Below, in pieces: positions 1 to 9,748 of a stretch of 64,000 bases of DNA (positions are counted from its first letter, which is position 1; each line of letters begins with the position of its first letter). Both the position numbers and the translations under genes were made by a program. The stretch is from Candidatus Aenigmatarchaeota archaeon (GTDB lineage: Archaea > Aenigmatarchaeota > Aenigmatarchaeia > QMZP01 > QMZT01), in the NCBI GenBank assembly GCA_963726265.1, contig CAVSBQ010000002.1, positions 800,001-864,000 of the forward strand. Direction: 5' to 3'. The notes below the pieces were generated by a model that made no database searches, was not told the origin of the DNA, and saw nothing but the letters and a program-made list of their open reading frames with translations.

Positions 1-154
1 CTGCGGCCTTCCTGAAGTTGACCATCATGGAGGCCTGCCTGCTCGACTCGCCCAGCTGCATGTAAGAACCGGCGAACCGCAGCAGCAGGATGAGGATGAA
101 AACCGCGATGATGATGCCGAGGATTATCTTGAAGACGTCAAACACGTTCAGCAT
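1..154 (-). CDS. Pilin-like/membrane-anchored hypothetical protein, runs off the window edge
   Basis: Hand translation MLNVFDVFKIILGIIIAVFILILLLRFAGSYMQLGES...; ATG at 154 preceded by GGTGG; directly downstream of 168..635. Confidence 0.6.
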   Translation of the reverse strand, partial: MLNVFDVFKIILGIIIAVFILILLLRFAGSYMQLGESSRQASMMVNFRKAA

Positions 155-167
155 ACCAACCACCGCT

Positions 168-635
168 TCAGAACCCCGGAAGCGTTATCTCGACCAGTGC
201 ACCAGCGTTGCGGATTATGACGTCCGTTGACGACGCGATGCAGAAATTAACATAAGGCTTGAGTTTGCTTATTTTCTTCCCCTCGACAACGCCGTCGGGA
301 TGGTAGATGATGACGTTGTCGCCTTCTCCCACGACCATGCGCGTCGCGACCGTGTCGGGCTCCCAGCCCTCCTGCGTGTTCTCTTCCGGATGGTCGGGGT
401 CGACGAAGCATATCTTCTTGAAGCACTGCGGGATGAGCAGCCTCAGCTCCTGGGACGCACCCCTCGAAAGGGACAGCGTCGCTTTCACCGTGTTCTCCAG
501 GGTGGTTATCTGCTGCCCCATCTGCGATTTGCATGCCATTTCCGACATGTCGCCGATGTATCTGATGCCGAAAAACAGCAGCAGGCCTATGACTATTGAC
601 GCGAATATTATGCCAAAAACGAGGCTGGTGTCCAT
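168..635 (-). CDS. Pilin-like hypothetical protein with N-terminal hydrophobic helix
   Basis: 155 aa, N-terminal TM segment followed by an amphipathic helix; neighbours a class III signal protein. Confidence 0.6.
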   Translation of the reverse strand: MDTSLVFGIIFASIVIGLLLFFGIRYIGDMSEMACKSQMGQQITTLENTVKATLSLSRGASQELRLLIPQCFKKICFVDPDHPEENTQEGWEPDTVATRMVVGEGDNVIIYHPDGVVEGKKISKLKPYVNFCIASSTDVIIRNAGALVEITLPGF

Positions 636-753
636 AATAGAATAATGTAAAAACAGGCATAAATAGCATTTGTCCGGTCCCTGCGCTTTTGCGAGCGTGC
701 CAGTGAGCTGCCTTGGAATCGGCGGTTGCGAGGCAGCGTTTGCTTCTGCAGCC

Positions 754-1404
754 TTACTTTATGACTACCTGGAGCGTCAGCGGTGCGCCGCCGAACTTTT
801 CCATGCCCGAGCAGCCGCCGCTTATGGCCTGGGTTGACGTGCATCCCTCGAACATGTAGGAATACGTTCCCATGTCTGCGCTGGCCGCGGCCGTGAAGGA
901 GCACACTATCCTGCCTATCACGTCGCCTTTCTGGACCCAGATGGTCTTCGGCTTGCAGTCTATCCATTTCTGGTATTCCTCGAGCTTCGCCTCGTCGCCT
1001 GGCCCGCCTATCGCCGTCACGTCGACCGCGAAATACGCGTTGCCCTGCGAGTCGAGCTTGCTCGTGTCAAGGTTGTTCTTGAAGCCGACTGAAATCGGAT
1101 AGGCCTTGCCCCTGGTTGCGGGCGGGTTGTTTATTATCGATTTCGAAAGCGCAAAGACGGTCAGCTGGCGCTGGAAGACTTCGTCGAGTTCTGCGTTGGC
1201 GCTCGCTATCTGGCTTTCAGTGAGGCCGCTCACGCTTTCCATCATGCCCCTGAGCCACACGATGGCCAGGCTGAGCAGGACCACCGCGAAGACGATCATC
1301 ACTATGAACCCAAGGCTCAGCTCTATCGCTCCCTTCCTCTTCGTATTTCTATTCCTAGTTCCACTTCCAATTCTAGTTTCTGCGTTTGCGTTTTTGACCC
1401 TCAT
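754..1404 (-). CDS. Class III signal peptide (pilin-like) protein
   Basis: KRKG|AIELSLGFIVMIVFAVVLL prepilin-type motif; Cys-containing beta-rich C-terminus. Confidence 0.7.
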   Translation of the reverse strand: MRVKNANAETRIGSGTRNRNTKRKGAIELSLGFIVMIVFAVVLLSLAIVWLRGMMESVSGLTESQIASANAELDEVFQRQLTVFALSKSIINNPPATRGKAYPISVGFKNNLDTSKLDSQGNAYFAVDVTAIGGPGDEAKLEEYQKWIDCKPKTIWVQKGDVIGRIVCSFTAAASADMGTYSYMFEGCTSTQAISGGCSGMEKFGGAPLTLQVVIK

Positions 1405-1608
1405 AATATATACTTCCAGCGCGGACGTATAAAAAGTTTATAAAAATCCGCATGCTTATGGCATGCCCATGCCATGTGCCTATGATATGTTCATGATGTG
1501 ACAAGTACCAATATCGACCAATAAGCACATAAAACCATTCAACCAATAAATTAACAGACTTAAAAAATATCTGAAAATGTTTGAAATAATTTGAAAGGGA
1601 GGTTTCAT

Positions 1609-1944
1609 ATGATAGGAAAAAGCGAACAATTAAGCCCTCAATTACTCCTATTCGGCATAGTGGCGATAGTGGCCATAGTGGGACTTGTGACCTTGCTCAT
1701 ACCCGGCGTTCAGAAATCTTTCTGTGAGAACCAGCTATCCGCCTACAGTGATGCAGCCTACGACGCACAGGATAGCTCATTCTACAGCGGCAGTAACATG
1801 GCAGGAGAAGCAGCAGCTGTGGAATACCGATGCGTGGGAGGAGGTGGTGAAGCGGAAACTTGTGGTACCTACACTAAGAGCAAGGCAGCAGCTGATTGCA
1901 GAAAAGGTGGCGGAACATGTCACCATCCAAATGAGTTAGCATAA
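1609..1944 (+). CDS. Small secreted or membrane-anchored Cys-containing protein
   Basis: GGAGG RBS before ATG 1609; hydrophobic FGIVAIVAIVGLVTLL; acidic linker; NMAGEA; 4-Cys C-terminal peptide. Confidence 0.7.
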   Translation: MIGKSEQLSPQLLLFGIVAIVAIVGLVTLLIPGVQKSFCENQLSAYSDAAYDAQDSSFYSGSNMAGEAAAVEYRCVGGGGEAETCGTYTKSKAAADCRKGGGTCHHPNELA

Positions 1945-2001
1945 AATCACATTGATGAGATAAACTAGCGTTTCCAAGTTTGGCCAGCTAAAAATCGTCA
2001 A

Positions 2002-2048
2002 AGGTTGATATAACCATATAAAAAAATATCAACCTGTTTTATTTTTTA
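2002..2048 (+). terminator. Inverted repeat plus T-tract between convergent genes
   Basis: AGGTTGATAT...ATATCAACCT (10-bp perfect) followed by GTTTTATTTTTT. Confidence 0.5.
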
Positions 2049-2073
2049 CACTATTTTTATTTCTTATCTCTTT

Positions 2074-2967
2074 TTACAAATAGCTCATCGCTATTATTTC
2101 CCTGTAGAGGCCCGAATTGCTCAGGACGAAGGCCTCTATCAGGCCCGCCGCGATGAGGACGTTAATCGCGATGAACAGCAGGAAGATGTTGTAGTAAAGC
2201 AGCGTCCGGAATTTCTTCGAACCGAAGCCTTCCTTCCTGAAGCCCTTGGTTATCATGCCGCCGGAGATGGAGCCGAGGATGTATGAGAAGATTTCGAGGA
2301 TTGCATGCGGGGCGACGATTGCCATTATCACCATGAAAAGGAAAAGCGGGTTCGAGCCCATGGCGAAGGCCGCGTTCCTCGCGGTCACGCCGAATATGGT
2401 TCCCCACACTGACAGGTTCCATGTTATCATGAAGATGCCGCCTTCTTCAGTGAAGAGCGATATGAGAAAGCAGGCGAGCAGGACGAGCCAGTTGTTGGCG
2501 AAGATGGACCAGAACAGCAGGATGGGGAAATCGGCCGCGTTGGCAGTGCCCACTGCGGAGCCTGATGTTCCCGCGGCCCCGCCGCTTATGCCCCTGACCG
2601 CGAGCTGCGTCTCGAACAGGCTGTTCACCTGGAACGAGGGTAGGACAATCGCCGCCGTAGAATAGACGAGGAATATGCCGAGCGACAGGAAAAAATATAT
2701 CTTCAGGAAATTCTTGTTCTGTCTGTAAAGCCTGCGGACGGAAAACCTCTTCTCGACTGCGAGTTCCCCTTCCTTCAGCTCGAACAGTTTCCTCAGCTCG
2801 GGCAGCAGTAGGATGGACGTGAAGGCTATCGCGACCAGCGACGGGTCCTTGGGGAAGACGAGCGCGGCTATTATTATCGAGATTATGGAATAACTCCAGC
2901 CCAGGCAGAAGGCGTATTCCGCCCGTTTATTCAGCCACTTTTCCGGGAGTATTTTTGAGAGAAGCAT
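2074..2967 (-). CDS. Stage II sporulation protein M (SpoIIM) family membrane protein
   Basis: Multi-TM; IFANN, WNLSVWG, PHAILE and AGLIE motifs. Confidence 0.8.
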   Translation of the reverse strand: MLLSKILPEKWLNKRAEYAFCLGWSYSIISIIIAALVFPKDPSLVAIAFTSILLLPELRKLFELKEGELAVEKRFSVRRLYRQNKNFLKIYFFLSLGIFLVYSTAAIVLPSFQVNSLFETQLAVRGISGGAAGTSGSAVGTANAADFPILLFWSIFANNWLVLLACFLISLFTEEGGIFMITWNLSVWGTIFGVTARNAAFAMGSNPLFLFMVIMAIVAPHAILEIFSYILGSISGGMITKGFRKEGFGSKKFRTLLYYNIFLLFIAINVLIAAGLIEAFVLSNSGLYREIIAMSYL

Positions 2968-3003
2968 GTATATTATTTAAAACTTGGCGGTTAAAAATTA
3001 TAT

Positions 3004-4209
3004 ATGAGGCAGAAGAGGCAGAAACCCAGAAATAAAATAAATATTTCCCTTCCACTTTTTGTTGCGATAATAGTCTGCATTTCTGCCGGCTTTTTCGCCG
3101 GACTTTTTGCATCAGACACCTTCCAGGAAGCCCAGCCGTCAGTTATTGCAATATCCGATGGTGAGAACACCACTTATTTGGAATTGCATGAAGGGTGGAA
3201 AACTACACTGACGTTTCTGAACGGGGAAAACATGTCAATCAATAACATAGGAAAGGACATTTTCATTGAATCATTGGACAAAGGTATAGCCTCCGTGACG
3301 CAGGATAAAACAAGCGATGAACAATACAACCTTATGGGCGAAGCGGCGAAAAAAACCACCACGCCCACTACACCAACATCAACATGCACGGATTCTGATG
3401 CAAACAAAAATTATCCAGGCGGGAAAAATTATTACGAGAAAGGCACCATGAAAGTTGGCACTTCCAAATTTACGGATCTCTGCTTCGGCGGCAATAATCA
3501 AAAACTCATGGAATATTTCTGCAGCGGTAATGTTGGAAAATCCATACAATATTCTTGCCTGAGCGAACATAAGTTATGCCAAGGCGGGGCATGCAAAGGC
3601 GCTGCGGAAAAGACATGCCTGGGAGAGGGCGAAAGCAAGCCTGTCATCGCTAATCCGCTTCCTTGCTGCGAAGGCCTGAAGCTGATACCTCCGAAGACGA
3701 AGAACGTCGCCGGCATATACGGCTACTGCACCGCTAAATGCGGCAACGGTGTATGTGAAGGAAACGAGACCGAATACAACTGCCTCGTCGACTGCGGCAA
3801 CATCAGAACTAATAGTACAAAATGCACCGATTCCGACGGCGGCATAAACTATTTTGTGCAAGGAACATGCTATGTTATTGGATTTGGTGATAAAGTAACA
3901 GACAAGTGCCCAAAAGGTGGTGGTTATGACAATTGGGTGGAAGAATACTATTGCGATTATAAATACGATTTCGGCTGGTGGTTTTGTACGAACACATATG
4001 AAAAATGCGATATTGGGTGCAAGGACGGGGCATGCATAAAAACCGAATGTGACATTAGAGGCGGATATTGCACCCGTCCTTCACTGAATATTTCAGAAAG
4101 CGATTGCAAAGACGGGTTTGGACGCAGCGCGGAAAAACTGGGTTGTGGAACAACAGATGATCCAAATGAGTGGTTCAAGAAAATTTGCTGCTTGCCAAAC
4201 ATAATTTAA
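3004..4209 (+). CDS. Cys-rich secreted surface protein with CxDSD(GG) repeats
   Basis: Signal/TM, two CTDSD...EY.C modules, CGNGVCE module, C-terminal C-x3-GG-x-C...CC module. Confidence 0.75.
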   Translation: MRQKRQKPRNKINISLPLFVAIIVCISAGFFAGLFASDTFQEAQPSVIAISDGENTTYLELHEGWKTTLTFLNGENMSINNIGKDIFIESLDKGIASVTQDKTSDEQYNLMGEAAKKTTTPTTPTSTCTDSDANKNYPGGKNYYEKGTMKVGTSKFTDLCFGGNNQKLMEYFCSGNVGKSIQYSCLSEHKLCQGGACKGAAEKTCLGEGESKPVIANPLPCCEGLKLIPPKTKNVAGIYGYCTAKCGNGVCEGNETEYNCLVDCGNIRTNSTKCTDSDGGINYFVQGTCYVIGFGDKVTDKCPKGGGYDNWVEEYYCDYKYDFGWWFCTNTYEKCDIGCKDGACIKTECDIRGGYCTRPSLNISESDCKDGFGRSAEKLGCGTTDDPNEWFKKICCLPNII

Positions 4210-4231
4210 ATTTCAGCCCCATTATACAAGC

Positions 4232-4960
4232 ATGGCAGAAATGGCAGAGGCAGCCAAATCTTCTGACGCGGGCAGAATAAGAAGAATAAGGATATTCGTG
4301 GACCATCGCGAGGCGAGAAACCACGTCTTCATGCATCTGAAAGACACAGACGCCGAGCTCGCCTGCGAGCAGCTGAAGACGGGCGACTACATCTGCTCGG
4401 ACAGGGTCGTGGTGGAGAGGAAAACTGTCGCGGACTTTGTCCAGTCGTTGCTCGACCAGAGGATTTTCAGGCAGGTTTCTGAAATGAAGGAGTGCTTCGA
4501 GAAACCCGTCCTCATCATCGAGGGCGACCCTGACCAGATAATTTCCGGCAGGGACGTCCATCCCAACGCCATACGCGGCGCGCTGGCTTCGTTAGCGCTG
4601 GACCACCGCATTCCCATGGTATGGACGAGAAACCCGAAGGAAACCGCTGAGCAGATTTACTGGTTCGCGCGCAGGGAGCAGACCGACGCGAGGAGAAGCG
4701 TCGCCGTCCGCTCGCCTTCTGGGAAGGACAACATTGCGGACATGCAGGAGTTTCTGGTCGCAGGGCTGCCGAACATAAACACGAAGCTGAGCAGGAGCCT
4801 GCTCAAAAAATTCAGGACGCCCAGGCGCATTTTCTCCGCTAGGCCGGAAAGGCTCATGAAGGCCGAGGGCATAGGCGAACTCAAGGCGAGGAAGATATGG
4901 GAACTGCTCAACCTGGAATACATGCCCGATGAAGAAAAAGGCGCGGAAGAAAAGGCATAA
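4232..4960 (+). CDS. xpf: XPF/ERCC4-family structure-specific endonuclease (ERCC4 + HhH2, no helicase)
   Basis: VDHRE, GDY, VERKTVADF motifs; C-terminal GLPNI...GIGELKA HhH pair. Confidence 0.85.
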   Translation: MAEMAEAAKSSDAGRIRRIRIFVDHREARNHVFMHLKDTDAELACEQLKTGDYICSDRVVVERKTVADFVQSLLDQRIFRQVSEMKECFEKPVLIIEGDPDQIISGRDVHPNAIRGALASLALDHRIPMVWTRNPKETAEQIYWFARREQTDARRSVAVRSPSGKDNIADMQEFLVAGLPNINTKLSRSLLKKFRTPRRIFSARPERLMKAEGIGELKARKIWELLNLEYMPDEEKGAEEKA

Positions 4961-4978
4961 TAAAGTTTGAGATCAAAA

Positions 4979-6421
4979 TCAGCATTTCATGTGCTCCATC
5001 TCGTAATACCTCTTGTGCGTGAGCGACTTCTGCGTTTTCATTTTGTCAGCCATCCTCTGCGCCATGCACGTCGGATACTCGCCAGTGAGGCAGGCCTTGC
5101 AGATGTTTTCGCCCAGGCCTATCGCCTTCACGAGGCCGCCGAGGTTCTGGTAGCAGAGCTTGTCGACCTTCAGCATCTTCTCGATTTCCGGGACGGTATG
5201 GCTTGACGCTATCAGCTCGTTGTGGGTCGCTATGTCTATGCCGTAGAAGCACGGCGAAATGACGGGAGGGCAGGTTATCCAAAGGTCGATTTTTTTCGCC
5301 CCGGCCCGCCTGACCATATCCACGATTTTCGTCATGGTAGTTCCCCTGACTATGGAGTCGTCGACGAGGATTATGTGCTTGTCCTTTAGTATCGACTTTA
5401 CGGGATTGAGCTTCATCTCGACCGAAAGCGAGCGCGCCTGCTGCTCGGGCATTATGAACGTGCGGTGGACGTAGCGGTTCTTCATCAGGCCTTCTGCGAC
5501 GTGAAGCCCCGTTTCTCTTGATATTCCCTCCGCCGCAGACCTCGACGTATCGGGCACGGGGATTATCACGTCCGCATCGGCAGCGTAAGTCTTCGCGAGG
5601 TTCCTGCCAAGCTCTATCCTCACGTCGTAGACGCTCCTGCCCTCTATCACGCTGTCGGGCCGTGAGAAGTAGACGTATTCGAACATGCAGTGCCTGCGCT
5701 CAGCCTTCGCGAGGACCTTCCTTTCCACCTTGCCCTCGTCATGGAATATTATCATCTCGCCAGGCCTGACGTCCTGCGCCTCGTCCATGCCGTTTATGTT
5801 GAGCGCCACGCTTTCGGAAGCGAACATCGCTTTCCTCCCGTCGACGCCGAAGCTGAACGGCCGTATGCCGTGCGGGTCGCGGAATGCGATGAGTTCGTGC
5901 TCGCCGGTGAACATCGCCGTGGAGTACGAGCCCTCCGCCGCCTCCATGTAATTGGCCACCGCCTTTTCGATGTCCCTCGTCTTTATCAGCTCTTCGGCGA
6001 CCTTGTGCGCGATTATCTCCGCGTCGCAGGTCGAGTCGAAATTCCTGCCGCTCTTGAGAAGGCGGTTCCTCAGCTCGACGTAGTTGACGAGGTTGCCGTT
6101 GTGGGCGAGGACTATCCCCTTTCTGGGATGGCCTATCTTGAAAGGCTGGGCGTCGGTGATGGTCGAGGTGCCGACGGTCGAATACCGCACGTGGCCTATG
6201 CCCATCCTGCCGGCAAGGGACGAGAGCGTCATTTCAGAATACGAGGACGAGACCAGGCCCATCGCCTTCCTCAGATGTATCTGGCTCTCGTTAAGCGTGG
6301 CTATGCCGGACGCCTCCTGCCCCCTGTGCTGCAGCGTGAGCAGGCCTTTGTATATCATCTTCGATACGTTTTCGCCATCGAATGAGCGGATACCGAATAC
6401 GCCGCAGGCTTCCTTTTTCAT
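4979..6421 (-). CDS. purF: Amidophosphoribosyltransferase
   Basis: Propeptide then CGVFG, LQHRGQE, GHVRYST, AHNGNL, VDDSIVRGTT; Fe-S cysteines CMFE, CFYG, CKAC. Confidence 0.95.
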   Translation of the reverse strand: MKKEACGVFGIRSFDGENVSKMIYKGLLTLQHRGQEASGIATLNESQIHLRKAMGLVSSSYSEMTLSSLAGRMGIGHVRYSTVGTSTITDAQPFKIGHPRKGIVLAHNGNLVNYVELRNRLLKSGRNFDSTCDAEIIAHKVAEELIKTRDIEKAVANYMEAAEGSYSTAMFTGEHELIAFRDPHGIRPFSFGVDGRKAMFASESVALNINGMDEAQDVRPGEMIIFHDEGKVERKVLAKAERRHCMFEYVYFSRPDSVIEGRSVYDVRIELGRNLAKTYAADADVIIPVPDTSRSAAEGISRETGLHVAEGLMKNRYVHRTFIMPEQQARSLSVEMKLNPVKSILKDKHIILVDDSIVRGTTMTKIVDMVRRAGAKKIDLWITCPPVISPCFYGIDIATHNELIASSHTVPEIEKMLKVDKLCYQNLGGLVKAIGLGENICKACLTGEYPTCMAQRMADKMKTQKSLTHKRYYEMEHMKC

Positions 6422-6461
6422 ACCAGCCACCAAACCATGTTCTTATTGAATCAACACAACA

Positions 6462-8066
6462 TCAGCGGCTTTTCGACGCCGCCTTCATGAAATTGAGGAA
6501 CAGCGGGTTCGGCTTGAGAACGCGCGTGGTGAATTCCGGATGGAACTGGGACGCCATGAAGAACGGGTGGCCTTTCAGCTCGAGAATCTGCATTATGTCA
6601 CCGGATTTGTCATGGCCTGAAAACACGAGGCCTTTGCATTCTATCTTCTTCCTGTAAATAGGAACGAATTCCCAGCGGTGGCGGAAGCGCTCTCTCGTCT
6701 TTAACGAACCGTAAATCTTGTTGGCCATGGTCCCTTTCCTGATTATGACGTCGTGTCCGCCCAGGCGCATGGTCCCGCCTTTCTTGTATATCCTCCGCTG
6801 CTCAGGCAGCAGGTCTATGACTGGATGCGGGGTCTTCGGGTCGATTTCGGTCGAGTTCGCCTTTTCGAGGCCGCACTTGTGCCTCGCGAACTCTACGGCA
6901 GCCATCTGGAAACCATAGCAGAGCCCGAGGAACGGTATCTTCTTCTCCCTTGCGTAGCGTATGCATGCTATCTTGCCTTCCGTCCCCCTCGGGCCGAAGC
7001 CGCCGGGCACGATGATGCCGTCCATCCCTCTCAAAACGTCGGAAACCTTCGCTTTCCCGTTCTCTATGTCGGTCGTCTCTATCCATTTTACGTTCAGTTT
7101 CACGCCCAGCTTTCCGCAGGACGCCTTCAGCGACTCCATTATTGAAACGTAGGAATCATGCAGCTCCGTGTATTTCCCGGTTATGGCGATGTTCACGGTC
7201 TTTCTGGCCTTTTCAATGCGTCTTATCGTCGCCTCCCATTCCTTCATGTCCTTTTGTCTCGGCTGGAGCCCGAGCTTCTCAAGGACCTTTTGCGTGACTC
7301 CCTGCTCCTCCAGTATGAGAGGCACCTTGTATATGTTGTCAACATCAGGGCCGGATATCACGTTGTCCTGCGGGATGCCGCAGAACATCGAGACCTTCTC
7401 CTTTATCTTCGGCTTCAGAGGCTCGGATGACCTGCAGTAAAGGAAATGCGGCAGTATGCCTATTTCCCTCAGCTTCTGCACGCTCTGCTGGGTCGGCTTC
7501 GTCTTCTGCTCGCCCACGACGCTCATCACCGGAACGAGCGTGCAGTGGACGAATACGACGTCATGATTGATTGAAAGCTGCCTGCACGCCTCGAGGAAGA
7601 CGAGGTTCTCTATGTCGCCTACCGTCCCGCCTATCTCTACGAGGACTATGTCGGCATTGTATTTCTCGGCCACGTTGCCGAGCCACTGCTGGACCTCACC
7701 CGTGATGTGGGGGATCAGCTGCACGGTTTTGCCCAGATACCTGCCTTCTCGCTCGCGCTCGATGACCTTCTGGTATATCTTGCCCGTCGTTATGTTGTTG
7801 TCGCTGCTGAGGTTTATGTCGAGGAAGCGTTCGTATGTTCCGAGGTCCATGTCCACCTCGCTGCCGTCGTCAAGGACGAAGACCTCGCCGTGCTCTATGG
7901 GGTTCATGGTGCCCGCGTCGACGTTGACGTAAGGGTCGATCTTGACAGGCACGACTTTGAAACCCCTCGATTGCAACAGTTTGCCCAGAGAAGCAGTCAG
8001 TATGCCCTTGCCGAGACCAGAAAGAACCCCGCCCGTTATTACGATGAACTTCGTTTTCTTTGGCAT
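6462..8066 (-). CDS. pyrG: CTP synthase
   Basis: [30 protein letters not shown]. Confidence 0.98.
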   Translation of the reverse strand: MPKKTKFIVITGGVLSGLGKGILTASLGKLLQSRGFKVVPVKIDPYVNVDAGTMNPIEHGEVFVLDDGSEVDMDLGTYERFLDINLSSDNNITTGKIYQKVIEREREGRYLGKTVQLIPHITGEVQQWLGNVAEKYNADIVLVEIGGTVGDIENLVFLEACRQLSINHDVVFVHCTLVPVMSVVGEQKTKPTQQSVQKLREIGILPHFLYCRSSEPLKPKIKEKVSMFCGIPQDNVISGPDVDNIYKVPLILEEQGVTQKVLEKLGLQPRQKDMKEWEATIRRIEKARKTVNIAITGKYTELHDSYVSIMESLKASCGKLGVKLNVKWIETTDIENGKAKVSDVLRGMDGIIVPGGFGPRGTEGKIACIRYAREKKIPFLGLCYGFQMAAVEFARHKCGLEKANSTEIDPKTPHPVIDLLPEQRRIYKKGGTMRLGGHDVIIRKGTMANKIYGSLKTRERFRHRWEFVPIYRKKIECKGLVFSGHDKSGDIMQILELKGHPFFMASQFHPEFTTRVLKPNPLFLNFMKAASKSR

Positions 8067-8193
8067 ATTAATTTATCAAGCACATGCTTTAAAAATCTAT
8101 ACGTCCCGTATCCGCCGATAGCGGAATTTTTTTCAAAGGCGTTTGCGTTGCGTTTCCTGAATGCTTTTTATTTACCAAAAGCGTATCTGAAAC

Positions 8194-8782
8194 ATGAAAA
8201 TCCTCGTCGTCGACAACGGCGGCCAGTGGACGCACAGGGAATGGCGCGTGCTGCGCGACCTCGGCGTCGAAACCAGGATAATACCCAACGACACGCCCTT
8301 CGATGACATCAGGAACGCCGACGGCCTCGTCCTTTCCGGAGGCGCGGCAAGAATAGCATGGGAATCAAGCAAGCTCGGCAACGTAGGAGAATACCTGGAG
8401 AAGGCGGAATTCCCGATTCTCGGCATATGCGTCGGCCACCAGTTCATGGCCCTGCATTTCGGCGGTTCCGCCGGGCCAGCGAAAACGCCTGAATTCGGCA
8501 AGATGGAGGTCGATATCAGCAAGGCCTCGCCGCTTTTCAAAGGCCTGCCGAAAAAATTCATCGCATGGGAGTCGCACAACGACGAGATTAAAAGCCTTCC
8601 GAAGGAATTCGAAATCCTTGCATCATTCACCGAGCTGCAAAATACAGGCCATTCGCCACAGAACAAACCCCATGTTTGGCCTGCAGTTCCATCCGGAAGT
8701 GGAGGACTGCCAGTTCGGCGAAGATATATTCAAGAACTTCATAGAAATATGCAGGCAGCACAGAGGGAAGATAAAAAAGTGA
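8194..8782 (+). CDS. guaAA: GMP synthase glutamine amidotransferase subunit A (one-base frameshift near 8626, probably an assembly error)
   Basis: VVDNGGQWTH, GICVGHQ; removing one T near 8626 restores SSPSCKIQAIRH...GLQFHPEV and a TGA at 8780-8782, just before guaAB. Confidence 0.9.
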
Positions 8783-8786
8783 TGAC

Positions 8787-9737
8787 ATGTTCAACGCCGA
8801 GAAATTCGTCAGGGAAGAGACCGAGCGGCTCAGAGCAGCGGATGAAAGGGGAAGGCGCATAATCGCCTGCTCAGGCGGCGTCGACTCGACGGTCGCGGCC
8901 TCCATGGCCAAGGAAGCGGTAGGAAAAAATCTCATAGCCGTTTTTGTCGACACGGGCTTCATGCGCAAGGGCGAGCCTGAAAGCGTGAAGCGCATGCTGG
9001 AAAAAATCGGCCTGAACCTGCGCTTCGTGAAGGCTGAGGACGAGTTCTTCTCCGCGCTCAAAGGGGTGACAGAACCCGAGCAAAAGCGCAAGATAATCGG
9101 CGAGAAGTTCATACGCGTTTTCGAGCGCGTCGCCAGGAAAGAAAAGGCCAGGTATCTGATCCAGGGAACGATAGCGCCGGACTGGATAGAGTCTGGCGGA
9201 GGAGCGAGGGACAGGATAAAGTCGCACCATAACGTAGGGGGATTGCCTGAAAACGTCGGACTGGAGATAGTCGAGCCGCTGCGCGACCTTTACAAGGACG
9301 AGGTCAGGAAGGTCGCCAGATTTCTGAATATAGAAGTCAAGGAGCGCCAGCCGTTCCCCGGTCCCGGCCTCGCAGTCCGGGTGATAGGCGAGCTCACGAA
9401 GGAGAGCGTCGCGATTGCGAGGGAGGCGAACGCGATAATGGAGGAGGAGCTGCAGAAGGCGTTCGCCGAGAAGAAGATTGCGAAGCCGTGGCAGTATTTC
9501 GCCGCGCTCCTGCCAGTGAAGAGCGTCGGCGTGCACGGCGACGTGAGGAACTACGGTTACATGATTGCCCTGCGCTCCGTGGACAGCATAGACGGCATGA
9601 GCGCTGCCTATTCGAAAATCCCGCACGACGTCCTGGACAGGATATCGGTCAGGATAACGAACGTCATGGGCAAGAAAGTCAACCGCGTCGTCTACGACAT
9701 CACCAACAAGCCGCCGGGAACCATAGAATTCGAGTAG
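8787..9737 (+). CDS. guaAB: GMP synthase ATP pyrophosphatase subunit B
   Basis: SGGVDS, IKSHHNVGG, RQPFPGPGL, YDITNKPPGTIEFE. Confidence 0.97.
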   Translation: MFNAEKFVREETERLRAADERGRRIIACSGGVDSTVAASMAKEAVGKNLIAVFVDTGFMRKGEPESVKRMLEKIGLNLRFVKAEDEFFSALKGVTEPEQKRKIIGEKFIRVFERVARKEKARYLIQGTIAPDWIESGGGARDRIKSHHNVGGLPENVGLEIVEPLRDLYKDEVRKVARFLNIEVKERQPFPGPGLAVRVIGELTKESVAIAREANAIMEEELQKAFAEKKIAKPWQYFAALLPVKSVGVHGDVRNYGYMIALRSVDSIDGMSAAYSKIPHDVLDRISVRITNVMGKKVNRVVYDITNKPPGTIEFE

Positions 9738-9748
9738 GAAAAACCGTC

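Noticed and set aside
1450..1550. CATG/TATG and ACCAAT short repeats in an intergenic region
   Set aside because: Short, irregularly spaced, no spacer structure; not a CRISPR array and no function supportable
8620..8632. guaAA frameshift as a pseudogene or programmed frameshift
   Set aside because: One extra base, no slippery heptamer, both halves fully conserved; most likely an assembly indel
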